Assembly: GCA_964291625.2 (NCBI GenBank)
Contig: OZ220089.1
Location: forward strand, 1,472,001-1,536,000
From: Candidatus Latescibacterota bacterium
GTDB lineage: Bacteria > Latescibacterota > UBA2968 > UBA8231
DNA length: 64,000 nt
Direction: 5' to 3'
In this document: one piece after another, positions 28,883 through 38,732 of the stretch
Numbering within the stretch: the stretch's first letter is position 1
Layout of the letters: every line of letters starts with the position of its first letter
Made by a program: the position numbers and the translations under genes
The notes under the pieces: generated by a model
Database searches by the model: none
The model's input: the letters and a program-made list of their open reading frames with translations, nothing else
What the model was told of the DNA's origin: nothing

Positions 28883-29532
28883 GCGAGCCCCGCCTGCTGC
28901 TGATCTCCGGCTCCTTCGAGTACGACTCGGAGGAGTCCCTGGTCATCCTGCGGGACTACCTGCTGGCCAACGCCCCCTGGTCCTGCGAGCTGCTGGTCTT
29001 CCAAAGCGAGGCGGACGCCGTCTCCCTCGAGCCGCTGGAGAGCGCCGACGCCGTGGTGCTCTTCACGCGGCGGCTGCTGACCGACGGCGCCGAGCTGGAG
29101 CGCTTCCAACGCTACTGCCGGGACGGCCGGCCCGTGGTCGGCCTGCGCACCGCCAGCCACGCCTTCCAGCGCTGGCTCGAGTTCGATGCGGAGGTCCTCG
29201 GCGGCCACTACGAGGGGCACTTCGGCGCCGGCGAGATCACCCGGGTGACCGCGGCCGACGGCGCCGGGGACCACCCGGTCCTGGAGGAGGTGGAGCCCTT
29301 CGAGGCCTACGGCTCCCTCTACCGGAACACGCCGCTGGCGGCGGACACGACGACCCTGCTCATCGGCCGCGAGGGCGAGCACTGCGAGCCGGTGGCCTGG
29401 ACCTGCGAGCGCGCCGGACGGGCCTTCTACACCTCCCTCGGCCACCAGCGCGACTTCTGGGAGCTGGACTACCTGCGCCTGGTGCGCAACGGCATCGCCT
29501 GGGCCCTGGGTCAGGCGAGCACGCCCCGGTAG
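28879..29532 (+). CDS. ThuA-like (class I GATase-fold) protein
   Basis: GTG overlapping the PhyH stop; VVGLRTASHAF, LGGHYEGH, RAFYTSLGH. Confidence 0.85.
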   Translation: MSEPRLLLISGSFEYDSEESLVILRDYLLANAPWSCELLVFQSEADAVSLEPLESADAVVLFTRRLLTDGAELERFQRYCRDGRPVVGLRTASHAFQRWLEFDAEVLGGHYEGHFGAGEITRVTAADGAGDHPVLEEVEPFEAYGSLYRNTPLAADTTTLLIGREGEHCEPVAWTCERAGRAFYTSLGHQRDFWELDYLRLVRNGIAWALGQASTPR

Positions 29533-30758
29533 ATCCGCTCCGCGTCCCCGGCCGTCACCTCCACCGGGTTCGGGTCGAGGAGGCGGCGCACCTGCAGGGC
29601 CACCTCGATCATGCGCGGCAGGTCGTCCTCGCCGAGGCCGGCGTCGCTCAGGGTTGCGAAGGGCGTGTGGCGGCGGCGCACGTCGTCGATCCAGCCGGCC
29701 GCCAGGCGCGCCCCCTCCTCGCGGCTCTTGCCCCCTAGGTCCAGCCCGGCGGCGCCGGCGGCGTAGTAGTACTTGTCGGCCGCGGCCGGGGCGTTGTGCT
29801 CCATCACCCCCGGCAGGACCAGGGCCACGGCGGTGCCGTGGGGCACGGGCCGGCCCTTCTCGTGGGAGAGCTTCTCGATGCCGTAGCCGAGGGCGTGGGC
29901 GGCGCCGGTGTTGATCGGGCTCAGCAGCAGGCCGGCCAGCAGGCTGCAGCGGCACATCTGGAGGCGCGCCTCGGGATCGGCGGCGCCCTTCGCGATGGCC
30001 CGCGGCAGGTGGGGCATCCCCGCCGCCAGGGAGGCCCGGGCCACGGCGTCGCCCAGGGGGCCGCTCTTCTTCGAGGCCGTGCACTCCAGGGCGTGGCCGA
30101 GGGCGTCGAGGCCGGTGGTGGCCGTCAGGCCCGGGGGCATGCCCGCCGACAGGCGCGGGTCGACGATGGCCGCGGCGGGATGGAGGTGCTCGGAGTAGAC
30201 GGCCTGCTTGCCGCCCTCGGCCACGACCACGGAGACGCAGCTCGCCTCGGCCCCGGTGCCGGCGGTGGTGGGCAGGCAGACCAGGGGCCCGCGCGGCCCC
30301 CGCTCGAAGAGGTCGAAGCCGAAGTAGTCGGCGGTGGAGCCGCCGTTGGCGGCCACGCACAGACCGACCTTGGCGGTGTCCATGGTGCTGCCGCCGCCGA
30401 TGGCGACCACCGCCTCGGCGCCGCTGCGGTCCGCGGCTTCGGCCAGGGCGTCGACGGAGGCCACCGTCGGGTTGGGCACGATGCCGGTGAAGGTGGCGGC
30501 GATGCGGAGGCCCGCCTCCCGCAGCCCCTCGACCACCGGCGCCGCCACCGCCTCCAGGGCGGCGTCGTGGACGACCATCACCGACCCCGCGCCGAGGCGC
30601 CGGCACTCCTCCGGCAGCCGGCTGGCCGCCCCCTCCCCGAGCAGCAGCCGCCGCCGCTCGAAGCCGAAGATCTCCCTCATCTCCTCCCGGCGCTCGTCGG
30701 TGGCGAAGTACTCCTCGTGCTCCAGCAACTGCTCGTTCACCAGCGGTTCCGTGCTCAC
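29511..30758 (-). CDS. iron-containing alcohol dehydrogenase
   Basis: GGAGG RBS before GTG 30758; NPT, GGGSTMDTAK, PTTAGTGAE, GLDALGHALE, GAAHALGY, PHG. Confidence 0.9.
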   Translation of the reverse strand: MSTEPLVNEQLLEHEEYFATDERREEMREIFGFERRRLLLGEGAASRLPEECRRLGAGSVMVVHDAALEAVAAPVVEGLREAGLRIAATFTGIVPNPTVASVDALAEAADRSGAEAVVAIGGGSTMDTAKVGLCVAANGGSTADYFGFDLFERGPRGPLVCLPTTAGTGAEASCVSVVVAEGGKQAVYSEHLHPAAAIVDPRLSAGMPPGLTATTGLDALGHALECTASKKSGPLGDAVARASLAAGMPHLPRAIAKGAADPEARLQMCRCSLLAGLLLSPINTGAAHALGYGIEKLSHEKGRPVPHGTAVALVLPGVMEHNAPAAADKYYYAAGAAGLDLGGKSREEGARLAAGWIDDVRRRHTPFATLSDAGLGEDDLPRMIEVALQVRRLLDPNPVEVTAGDAERIYRGVLA

Positions 30759-30830
30759 CTTCCTCCTCCTTTCCCTGCGCATCCCCGGCGCCTATACTCG
30801 CCGTGCTCACCCCATCGCAGGAGCTTCCCC

Positions 30831-31586
30831 ATGACCGTCACCACCACCGACCTGGCCGCCGCGTACCAGCGCGACGGCTTCGTCACCCGGCTCGACATCT
30901 TCACCGAGCCCGAGATCGCCGCCTTCCGCGCCCAGTTCGACGAGCTCGAGGCCCGCGAAGGCCGGGAGGAGTGCCAGATCGGCCTCCAGGGCCGGCACTT
31001 CGACGAGGAGTTCATCTGGCAGATGGCCTCCGACTCGCGCATCGTCGAGCCGATGGCGGCCTGCATGGGCGACGACATCATGCTGCTGTCCACCCACTTC
31101 TTCTGCAAGTACCCGGACCCCGAATCGACGAAGTTCGTCGCCTGGCACCAGGACATCACCTACTGGGGGCTCGAGCCGCCCGAGGCCCACACCGCCTGGA
31201 TCGCCGTGGACGACGCCGACGTGGAGAACGGCTGCATGCAGGTCATCCCCGGCTCCCACCGCGACGGCATCGCCGAGCACGGCACCTCCGACCGCGGCGG
31301 CAACCTGCTGAGCATCAACCAGGAGATCCCCGACGAGCTGGTCGACTCGAGCCAGGCGGTCCCGCTGGAGCTGAAGGCCGGGCAGATCTCCATCCACAAC
31401 GGCCAGCTCTTCCACGCCAGCCAGCCGAACCTCTCGCGGCGGCGGCGCTGCGGCCTCACGGTGCGCTACATCCCGCCCGAGGCCCGCCAGGTGCGCCCCA
31501 ACTCGGTGGGCCTCGACTGGCGCCCGGTCCTGCTGCGGGGCGAGGACGCCTTCCACCACTACCCCGACACGCCGGCGCCCTTCTGA
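30831..31586 (+). CDS. PhyH-family dioxygenase
   Basis: AWHQD; WIAVDDADVENGCMQVIPGSH; LFHASQPN; RRCGLTVRY. Confidence 0.9.
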   Translation: MTVTTTDLAAAYQRDGFVTRLDIFTEPEIAAFRAQFDELEAREGREECQIGLQGRHFDEEFIWQMASDSRIVEPMAACMGDDIMLLSTHFFCKYPDPESTKFVAWHQDITYWGLEPPEAHTAWIAVDDADVENGCMQVIPGSHRDGIAEHGTSDRGGNLLSINQEIPDELVDSSQAVPLELKAGQISIHNGQLFHASQPNLSRRRRCGLTVRYIPPEARQVRPNSVGLDWRPVLLRGEDAFHHYPDTPAPF

Positions 31587-32272
31587 TGGCCCGCTACGAC
31601 CGCATGACCGTCCTCGGCGCCATGGGCGACATCGGCGTCGTGCCCGTGTTCTACAACAAGGACCCCCAGGCCGCCATCGACATCATCAGGGCCTGCGCCG
31701 ACGGCGGCGCCCGCTGCGTCGAGTTCACCAACCGCGGCGACCTCGCCTGGAAGGTCTTCGTCGAGGCCATGGAGCGCCTCGTGGCCGAGGACCTCGACAT
31801 CATCCTCGGCGTCGGCTCCATCGTCGACACGGCCACGGCCGGCCTCTACATCTCCAGCGGCGCCGACTTCGTCGTCGGCCCCCTCCTCAACCCCGAGGTC
31901 GCCCGCCTCTGCAACCGCCGCAAGGTCGCCTACTCCCCCGGCTGCGGCACCGTCTCCGAGATCGCCCAGGCCGAGGAGCTGGGGGTGGAGATCGTCAAGG
32001 TCTTCCCCGCCGGCGAGGTCGGCGGCCCCGCCTTCGTCAAGTCCGTCCTCGGCCCCTGCCCGTGGACGCGCATCATGCCCACCGGCGGCGTCGACGCCAC
32101 CCGCGAGAGCCTGGAGGCCTGGTTCTCCGCCGGCGTCGCCTGCGTCGGCATCGGCTCCAACCTGGTGACGCGGGAGATCGTCCAGACCCGCGACTACGCC
32201 GGCTTGACGGCCAGGGTGAAGCAGGTGGTCGCCTGGATCGAGGAGATCCGCGCCGGAGGGAACGACCATTGA
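31586..32272 (+). CDS. eda: KDPG/KHG aldolase
   Basis: VEFTNRG, GVGSIVD, PGCGTVSE, VKVFPA, MPTGGV. Confidence 0.88.
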   Translation: MARYDRMTVLGAMGDIGVVPVFYNKDPQAAIDIIRACADGGARCVEFTNRGDLAWKVFVEAMERLVAEDLDIILGVGSIVDTATAGLYISSGADFVVGPLLNPEVARLCNRRKVAYSPGCGTVSEIAQAEELGVEIVKVFPAGEVGGPAFVKSVLGPCPWTRIMPTGGVDATRESLEAWFSAGVACVGIGSNLVTREIVQTRDYAGLTARVKQVVAWIEEIRAGGNDH

Positions 32273-32517
32273 CAGGAATCGACTGGATTACCCCGGCCTT
32301 GATCGTGGCCGTCGGCTTGGCGCTATGGCGCTTCATGCGCACGGAGATCCGGGATCTGCGCACCGAGATCCGAGACCTGCGCCATGACCTTGGCAGCCGC
32401 ATCGACCACGCCAGCGCCGATCTGGGAGGCCGCATCGACCGCGTCAACGACGACTTGGGAGGCCGCATCGACCGCGTCAACGACCGCCTGGACCGCTACT
32501 TGGAGGGAACCCCATGA
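32269..32517 (+). CDS. small TM + coiled-coil repeat protein
   Basis: TTG start; WITPALIVAVGLALWRF; RTEIRDL x2; DLG.RID x3 (11-aa period); ends RLDRYLEGTP. Confidence 0.7.
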   Translation: MTGIDWITPALIVAVGLALWRFMRTEIRDLRTEIRDLRHDLGSRIDHASADLGGRIDRVNDDLGGRIDRVNDRLDRYLEGTP

Positions 32518-32673
32518 AGTCCAAGCGCAAGAGGCGCCCATGGGAACGGACGGTTCCCCGGTGACCAGCATCGGCAGGGAGGAGGCCGAACTGCGGCCAA
32601 GGCCGCGGACGAGGTCGACAGACGCTTGAACTAGCTCAGGAACGAGAGGTCAGGGGGTCCGGCTCTCCCTGAT

Positions 32674-32693
32674 ACATCAATGAATCTTGATAT
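32674..32693. promoter_or_regulatory. SahR operator candidate
   Basis: ACATCAATGAATCTTGATAT, a near-palindrome resembling the ATCAAG-N4-CTTGAT SahR site, directly upstream of sahR-ahcY. Confidence 0.7.
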
Positions 32694-32776
32694 CTTGTCC
32701 TCGACGGGGGCCTTCCCTACCTTCTGCCCTCCCGCCCCCGCAAGGACCCCCAACCCACCCCGTCCCCCTCCCCCCC

Positions 32777-33709
32777 GTGCCCGAGCTCCTGCAGATCCAC
32801 AAGGCCCTCGCCGACGAGACGCGCCTGCGCCTGATGCGCCTGCTGGCGCGGGGGCCCCTGAACGTCAACGAGATCCTGGGCATCCTGCGCATGGGCCAGA
32901 GCCGGGTCTCGCGCCACCTGCGCATCCTCGCCGAGGCGGGCCTGGTGACCAGCCGGCGCGAGGGCACCTGGATCTACTACGAGCGCATCATCTCCGAGAG
33001 CGGATCCCCGCTGGTGAGCGACACCCTGGCGCTGCTGGACGCCCACGAACGCGGCCTGCCCCACTACGAGGCCGACGTGCAGCGGCTGGAGACGGCCGTG
33101 GAGCGCCGCCGCGAGCAGACGCGCAGCTTCTTCGACAGCCTCTCCCCCGGCGACGAGCTGCGCCACCGATCCCTCGACGGCACCTACTACCGCCGCGTGG
33201 CGCTGTCGGTGCTGCCCCCAAGGTCCCGGACGATCCTCGACCTCGGCACCGGCTCGGGCCTGATGCTGCCGGCCCTGCTGGAGCGCGCCGGGGGGGTCAT
33301 CGCCGTCGACTCCTCCACCACCATGCTCGACCTGGCGCGCAAGTCGGCGGGCGCCGAGGCGCACCGGTGCGACTTCCGCCTCGGCGACCTGGAGCACCTG
33401 CCCGTGGCCGACGGCGAGGCCGACGCGGTGCTGGCGTGCATGGTCCTCCACCACGTCTCGGCGCCGTCCCAGGCGCTCGAGGAGGCGCACCGGGCCCTGG
33501 CCGCGGGCGGCGACCTGGCGCTGATCGACCTGGCCCCGCACACGGACGAGAGCCTTCGGGACCAACTGGCCGACCTGTGGCTCGGGTTCCAGCCCGAACA
33601 GGTGCGCCGCTGGCTCGAAGCAGCCGGCTTCGAGGTCGTCGAGGCCGGTTCCGCCGCACCGGATTCGGAAGCCCTTCAACTCATCACATTCAGAGGACGG
33701 AAACCATGA
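32777..33709 (+). CDS. sahR: ArsR-HTH + SAM-methyltransferase regulator (SahR)
   Basis: [11 protein letters not shown]...[17 protein letters not shown]; LDLGTGSG; overlaps the ahcY start. Confidence 0.85.
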   Translation: MPELLQIHKALADETRLRLMRLLARGPLNVNEILGILRMGQSRVSRHLRILAEAGLVTSRREGTWIYYERIISESGSPLVSDTLALLDAHERGLPHYEADVQRLETAVERRREQTRSFFDSLSPGDELRHRSLDGTYYRRVALSVLPPRSRTILDLGTGSGLMLPALLERAGGVIAVDSSTTMLDLARKSAGAEAHRCDFRLGDLEHLPVADGEADAVLACMVLHHVSAPSQALEEAHRALAAGGDLALIDLAPHTDESLRDQLADLWLGFQPEQVRRWLEAAGFEVVEAGSAAPDSEALQLITFRGRKP

Positions 33710-35055
33710 GCAAGACCGCGACCCCCGCACGCAGGACCCGCAAGGCGAAAGGTCGCAACGGCCGCGCCGGAGACTTCAAGGTGGCGGACATCGGGCTGGC
33801 CGGATGGGGCCGCAAGGAGATCCGCCTGGCCGAGCGCGAGATGCCGGGGCTGATGGCCCTGCGCGAGGAGTACGGCGAGGAGAAGCCGCTGAAGGGGGCG
33901 CGCATCGCCGGCTCCCTGCACATGACGATCCAGACGGCGGTGCTCATCGAGACCCTGCAGGCCCTCGGCGCCGAGGTGCGCTGGTGCTCGTGCAACATCT
34001 TCTCCACCCAGGACCACGCCGCCGCGGCGATCGCCGCCACCGGCACGCCGGTCTTCGCCTGGAAGGGGGAGACGGAGAAGGAGTACTGGTGGTGCACGGA
34101 CCAGACCCTGAACTGGCCGCGGGGCCAGGGGCCGAACATGATCCTCGACGACGGCGGCGACCTGACGAACTGGGTCCATGACGAGCGCCCCGAGCTGCTG
34201 CCCGAGATCCGCGGCACCTCGGAGGAGACGACCACCGGCGTCCACGCCCTCTACCGGCGGCTCGAGGAGGGCCAACTGAAGATCCCGGCGATCAACGTCA
34301 ACGACTCGGTGACGAAGTCGAAGTTCGACAACCTCTACGGCTGCCGGGAGTCGCTCCTCGACGGCATCAAGCGCGCCACCGACATCATGACCGCAGGCAA
34401 GGCCGTGGTCGTCGCCGGCTACGGAGACGTGGGCAAGGGCTCGGTGGGCTCGATGAAGGGCTTCGGCGCCCGCGTCATCGTCACCGAGGTCGATCCGATC
34501 TGCGCCCTGCAGGCGGCGATGGAGGGCCTGGAGGTGATGCCCATGAGGCAGGCGGCGAAGGAGGGGGACATCTTCGTCACCACCACCGGCTGCCGCGACG
34601 TGATCACCCTCGAGCACATGAAGGCGATGAAGGACGGCGCCATCGTCTGCAACATCGGCCACTTCGACGTGGAGATCCAGGTGGAGGCGCTGCAGAAGTT
34701 CCCCGGCATCCGGCACACGGAGATCAAGCCCCAGGTGGACGAGTACACCTTCCCCGACGGCCACTCGATCCTGCTGCTGGCCGAGGGCCGGCTGGTCAAC
34801 CTCGGCTGCGCCACCGGCCACCCATCCTTCGTGATGTCCATGTCCTTCTGCAACCAGGTGCTGGCCCAGATCGAGCTGTTCAACCGCGAGCACGAGGTCG
34901 GCGTCTACCGCCTGCCCAAGAAGCTGGACGAGCAGGTGGCGCGGCTGCACCTGAAGAAGCTGGGGATCCGGCTGGACCGGCTGAACAGCGGCCAGGCGGG
35001 CTACCTGGGGATCAAGGCGGGAGGGCCGTACAAGCCGGAGCACTACAAGTACTGA
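33706..35055 (+). CDS. ahcY: adenosylhomocysteinase
   Basis: [59 protein letters not shown]. Confidence 0.98.
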   Translation: MSKTATPARRTRKAKGRNGRAGDFKVADIGLAGWGRKEIRLAEREMPGLMALREEYGEEKPLKGARIAGSLHMTIQTAVLIETLQALGAEVRWCSCNIFSTQDHAAAAIAATGTPVFAWKGETEKEYWWCTDQTLNWPRGQGPNMILDDGGDLTNWVHDERPELLPEIRGTSEETTTGVHALYRRLEEGQLKIPAINVNDSVTKSKFDNLYGCRESLLDGIKRATDIMTAGKAVVVAGYGDVGKGSVGSMKGFGARVIVTEVDPICALQAAMEGLEVMPMRQAAKEGDIFVTTTGCRDVITLEHMKAMKDGAIVCNIGHFDVEIQVEALQKFPGIRHTEIKPQVDEYTFPDGHSILLLAEGRLVNLGCATGHPSFVMSMSFCNQVLAQIELFNREHEVGVYRLPKKLDEQVARLHLKKLGIRLDRLNSGQAGYLGIKAGGPYKPEHYKY

Positions 35056-35058
35056 GGA

Positions 35059-35312
35059 CTACCGCCTCCTCTGCAGAGTCATGCAAGGGGGCGGTAAGCC
35101 CCGCTCCACGATCCGCCGCTCGTCGAGACGTCCCGCGCCGGGGCTGCTCCCCCGGGGCCGCCCGCAGCGCGGGGCTGTCCTGCGTCCGCACGACCATCAT
35201 CCCGCCGCGGCGGCACAGGCCCGCCGCTTCCGCGAGGGCGGCGCCGTAGAGGGCCGGCTTCGAGCCCCGGGGGGCTCCCCCAGGGCCGGGTCGGCGGTCA
35301 CCGCGTCGAAGG
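35059..35312 (-). pseudogene. displaced, frameshifted copy of the RNA methyltransferase 3' end (direct repeat of 42093-42355)
   Basis: Colinear similarity over ~255 bp including exact blocks CACGATCCGCCGCTCGTCGAG (21 bp) and GGTCGGCGGTCACCGCGTCGAAGG (24 bp). Confidence 0.85.
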
Positions 35313-35355
35313 TACGGCCGCGCCAGCCATCGCCTGGTCCTGTTTCGCTGCCAAG

Positions 35356-36441
35356 CTACCGAAGCAACTCAAAAGCGGCATCAGACGCGGCATCCTGAGG
35401 AGCATCACCGTCCCTTTGGCACGCATCGAAGCGCAATTGCAGCTCGCAGCCGTCGATTCCACCTTCCTCACCGATAAAGACAAGCTGTGTCCCCGGAGTC
35501 TCGTCGCCCCACGGCTCACCCATGATCAAACGCGCCCGCCTGCCAACAACGTGGACCATTCCCTTACGACCGGGATTGTCGGCGAGGTGAACGAACCCCT
35601 TGGCGCGGTAGATGGTCGCAGGCAGGGTCTTCACCGCATCACGCACCGCCCCACGGGACAGAGGTTTGTCAGTCGTGTAGCACCAGGTGTTGAAGACAAG
35701 CGTATGGTCCGTGTGGTGTTGGTGATGATGCCTGTCAGCGTGTTCGTGCTCATGCTCCTCGCCGTCCGCATGAATGTGAACATCCGGACCCGGCTTCCCC
35801 GCAAAGCGCTGGAGGTCGTATGTCCCCACTCCGAGTACCAGATCGAGCGGGACCTTGCCAAAAGTAGCTTCGAGGATACGCGCACTCGGAACGATATCCC
35901 TGACCAGGTCCCCCAATTCCTCCCGCCTTGCATCATCGACCAGGTCAAGCTTGTTCAGCACCACAATGTCTGCCATGGCGATCTGCTCCACCGCGAGCCT
36001 GCGATGCGCTTCGTTCACCTGGTGGATCTGCTCCGCATCGACTACGGTGAGCACACTGTCCACTCGCGTCCGGGACTGCAACTCGCCAGCCAGGAAGGTC
36101 ATTGAAACAGCCCCAGGGTCGGATACGCCGCTTGTTTCAACGACGATATACTCCGGCGAGTTTCGGTCGTCCTGAATCAACTGGACCGCTGCTTCAAGCA
36201 AGTCATCGCGAATCGAGCAACAGATACACCCGTTGGCGAGGTTGATGCTGGACTCCCCGGAGACCCCGGAGATCAACTCGGCGTCGATGTTGATCTCTCC
36301 GAAGTCGTTGACCAGGACCGCCACACGCAACCCGTGGTCGGCGTTGAGAATGTGGTTGAGCAGGGAGGTCTTGCCCGCACCCAGGAAGCCGCTGATGATT
36401 GTTACTGGAATGGGCTCTGACAGGTCTCGATCTTCAACCAT
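35356..36441 (-). CDS. COG0523/CobW-family G3E GTPase zinc metallochaperone
   Basis: GFLGAGKT, NDFGEINID, GCICC, ETSG, NKLD, His-rich linker, CobW_C domain. Confidence 0.93.
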   Translation of the reverse strand: MVEDRDLSEPIPVTIISGFLGAGKTSLLNHILNADHGLRVAVLVNDFGEINIDAELISGVSGESSINLANGCICCSIRDDLLEAAVQLIQDDRNSPEYIVVETSGVSDPGAVSMTFLAGELQSRTRVDSVLTVVDAEQIHQVNEAHRRLAVEQIAMADIVVLNKLDLVDDARREELGDLVRDIVPSARILEATFGKVPLDLVLGVGTYDLQRFAGKPGPDVHIHADGEEHEHEHADRHHHQHHTDHTLVFNTWCYTTDKPLSRGAVRDAVKTLPATIYRAKGFVHLADNPGRKGMVHVVGRRARLIMGEPWGDETPGTQLVFIGEEGGIDGCELQLRFDACQRDGDAPQDAASDAAFELLR

Positions 36442-36536
36442 TGGATCTCTCTCCTGGAGGTGCCGCGCATCTACTCAAGCCAAACCGAGCCGGTCTCGGT
36501 CATGCTCGTCGTCGTGTTCAATCTCTTGTGCCTCAG

Positions 36537-36917
36537 CTACTGCCCAGCGCTGCACTCGCCGCATCGTCCATAGAGGGTGATCTCGTGCTCATCGACCTCG
36601 AAACCCGGCGGCGCCAGCTCTGCCATCTCTCCCGGACATCCGTGTATATCGAACGCTTCCTCGCACTCACGACAGAGAAAGTGGTGATGATGACCCCGGT
36701 CGGTGGGCTCGTAGCGCACATCATTGACGCCCAGGTCCACCGCCCGCACCTCATCGGCGTCTTGCAGGCGCCTGAGCTGCCGATAGACCGTTGCAATGCC
36801 CAGCGTCGGAACTATGCGGGACGCCAAGTCGAGGATTTCCAGGGGCCGAAGTGGCCCGGGGGCGTCGCGAACAACCCTCACGATGGCGCTGCGTTGGCTG
36901 GTGCGTCTGCTGCTCAT
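36537..36917 (-). CDS. Fur-family regulator, probably Zur
   Basis: TSQR, ATVYRQL, HHHHFLCREC, YGRCGEC; zinc-gene context. Confidence 0.88.
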   Translation of the reverse strand: MSSRRTSQRSAIVRVVRDAPGPLRPLEILDLASRIVPTLGIATVYRQLRRLQDADEVRAVDLGVNDVRYEPTDRGHHHHFLCRECEEAFDIHGCPGEMAELAPPGFEVDEHEITLYGRCGECSAGQ

Positions 36918-37001
36918 GAGGTTGCCTCCCTGGGAGCGCCGGCCTGGGTTTCGTCCAAGACTCTCGCATCTCTCCTCCTGCAGTGTCCGATCCAGGTTGG
37001 C

Positions 37002-37472
37002 CTAGAGTTGGGTGGGATTGGGGGCGGCGCCATAGACCTCCTGGTGATTGAAGACCTTCTGCGTCTCCGTGAATCCCAGGGGCTCGCCGGCCTGATCGCC
37101 AAAGGGCACGGCGCGGTAGAAGCAGGAGCGGTACCCTACATGGCAACTGGCCCCGCCCTGGACGTCCACACGCAGCCAGATGCAATCCTGGTCGTCATCG
37201 ATTCGGATCTCGCGGACCCGCTGCACCAAGCCGCTCGTTGCGCCCTTGTGCCAGAGGCACTTGCGGCTCCGGCTCCAATAGACGGCCTCGCCCATGGCGA
37301 TCGTTCGCGTGAGCGCCTCGGCGTTCATGTAGGCATGCATGAGTACTTCGCCGGATATGAAGTCCGTGGTGACTGCGGGGATCAGCCCGTGCTCATCGAA
37401 CCTGGGGGCCAGTTGGACTCCTTCCTCGACCTGCTGGACGCTCTGTCTCTCCGAATAGGGCGAATTGCTCAC
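37002..37472 (-). CDS. hisI: phosphoribosyl-AMP cyclohydrolase (likely Zn-starvation paralog)
   Basis: [21 protein letters not shown] (Asp where the Zn-ligand Cys of DCD usually sits), [10 protein letters not shown]. Confidence 0.9.
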   Translation of the reverse strand: MSNSPYSERQSVQQVEEGVQLAPRFDEHGLIPAVTTDFISGEVLMHAYMNAEALTRTIAMGEAVYWSRSRKCLWHKGATSGLVQRVREIRIDDDQDCIWLRVDVQGGASCHVGYRSCFYRAVPFGDQAGEPLGFTETQKVFNHQEVYGAAPNPTQL

Positions 37473-37529
37473 TTTGCTCTCCTGGTTGTGTCAGCCCACG
37501 AGCCCGCCGCCGATGATCAGCCGATCCAG

Positions 37530-37630
37530 TTGAGCGCACCACGCCGCGCCAGTCTTCTCCGTCGTTGAGGATCGCCCACAACTTCTCGGCGTCGAACGGA
37601 GTCGGCCCCTGACAGGCAAAGCTCGAGGTG
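37530..37630 (-). pseudogene. fragment of a second CobW C-terminal domain
   Basis: SSFACQGPTPFDAEKLWAILNDGEDWRGVVRS resembles the CobW_C SSF...PF...L........W.GV.RSKG pattern. Confidence 0.5.
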
Positions 37631-37651
37631 CACCAACGCCTGGCATGATAC

Positions 37652-37670
37652 TGATAAGTCATTATCATTT
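37652..37670. promoter_or_regulatory. Fur/Zur-family box candidate
   Basis: AT-rich palindrome TGATAA-GTCA-TTATCA upstream of the hisI-zur-cobW unit. Confidence 0.55.
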
Positions 37671-37689
37671 AGCTGGCAAGTCGAATCGG

Positions 37690-37843
37690 GCCGAGGGCGC
37701 GGAGGACGGTCGCCGGCGCAAGCCGGAGGCGAGCACGGCTACCGGGGCACCTGATCCGGCGCAACGAGCGTTTCGAGACTCTGGCCGAGCTGCAGACGAC
37801 CTCGGGTCGGTGGGTGCGGGAGTCGGCCGAGCGCCTGCGCTGT
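37690..37843 (+). mobile_element. telescoped IS21 istA relic (three joined fragments)
   Basis: Matches non-contiguous parts of istA 57581-58882 encoding AEGAEDGRR.KPEA, EHGYRGT and LIRRNERFETLAELQT...ESAERLRC. Confidence 0.8.
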
Positions 37844-37892
37844 AACCTGGCAACGACGCACTCCACCCAAACACCCGGGCAGGTCAACCACA

Positions 37893-38732
37893 TTGCCTCA
37901 ATCTGACCCGATCCTCTGGAGTGTCGACCCGATCCTCTTCCAGGTCGGTCCGCTCACGATCAGGCACTACGGAGTCCTCTTCGCGCTCTCGTTCTTCATC
38001 GGACACAACATCATCCGTTCCGTCTTCCGGCGAGAGGGCAAGCCGGAATCCGATCTCGCAACGCTCCTGACGTACATGTTGATCGGCACGACCGTGGGCG
38101 CGCGCCTCGGTCATTGCCTCTTCTACGACCCGGGATACTACCTCGGCAATCCGCACAGGATGCTGATGGTGTGGGAAGGCGGGCTCGCCAGCCACGGTGC
38201 CGCGATCGGCATTCTGACCGCGCTGTTCGTCTACGCCCGACGCCACCCCGATCAACCGTATCTGTGGCTGCTCGATCGGATGGTCATTGTCGTCGCCCTC
38301 GCAGGACTGCTGATCCGGCTCGGGAACTTCCTCAACTCGGAGATACTCGGAATCCCCACCGATCTCCCCTGGGCCGTCGTCTTCGACCGGATCGACGATA
38401 CCCCGAGACATCCCGCACAACTCTACGAGTCGATCGCCTACGGAATGATCTTCGTGGGGTTGTATCGACTCTACATCCGGCTCGAAGCCCGAACCCCGCG
38501 AGGGTTCTTGTTCGGCCTCTTCCTCGTCTCCGTCTTCGGGTTCGGGTTCCTCATCGAATTCGTCAAAGAACGACAGGCGGCGTATGGCGCGGACCTTGCT
38601 CTCAGTGTCGGTCAGATCCTCAGCATACCGCTGGTCATCCTCGGAATCGCACTCCTGGCAAGGCCGCTGCGCAATGGCCTCTCCAGGCCCGATTCGGTTG
38701 ATGCAGCTCACCGGGCTGCCGCCGGCGTGTAG
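37893..38732 (+). CDS. lgt: prolipoprotein diacylglyceryl transferase
   Basis: VGARLGHCLFY, WEGGLASHG, IRLGNFLNSEILG, RHPAQLYE, GQILSIP. Confidence 0.95.
   Translation: MPQSDPILWSVDPILFQVGPLTIRHYGVLFALSFFIGHNIIRSVFRREGKPESDLATLLTYMLIGTTVGARLGHCLFYDPGYYLGNPHRMLMVWEGGLASHGAAIGILTALFVYARRHPDQPYLWLLDRMVIVVALAGLLIRLGNFLNSEILGIPTDLPWAVVFDRIDDTPRHPAQLYESIAYGMIFVGLYRLYIRLEARTPRGFLFGLFLVSVFGFGFLIEFVKERQAAYGADLALSVGQILSIPLVILGIALLARPLRNGLSRPDSVDAAHRAAAGV

Noticed and set aside
32256-32517. GGAGGGAAC..CCAT direct repeat flanking the microprotein
   Set aside because: Short and RBS-like, and the second copy encodes the conserved LEG.P end; chance cannot be excluded
35060-35096. Rho-independent terminator after ahcY
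   Set aside because: A hairpin is possible but has no U-tract, and the sequence is explained as the relic methyltransferase 3' end
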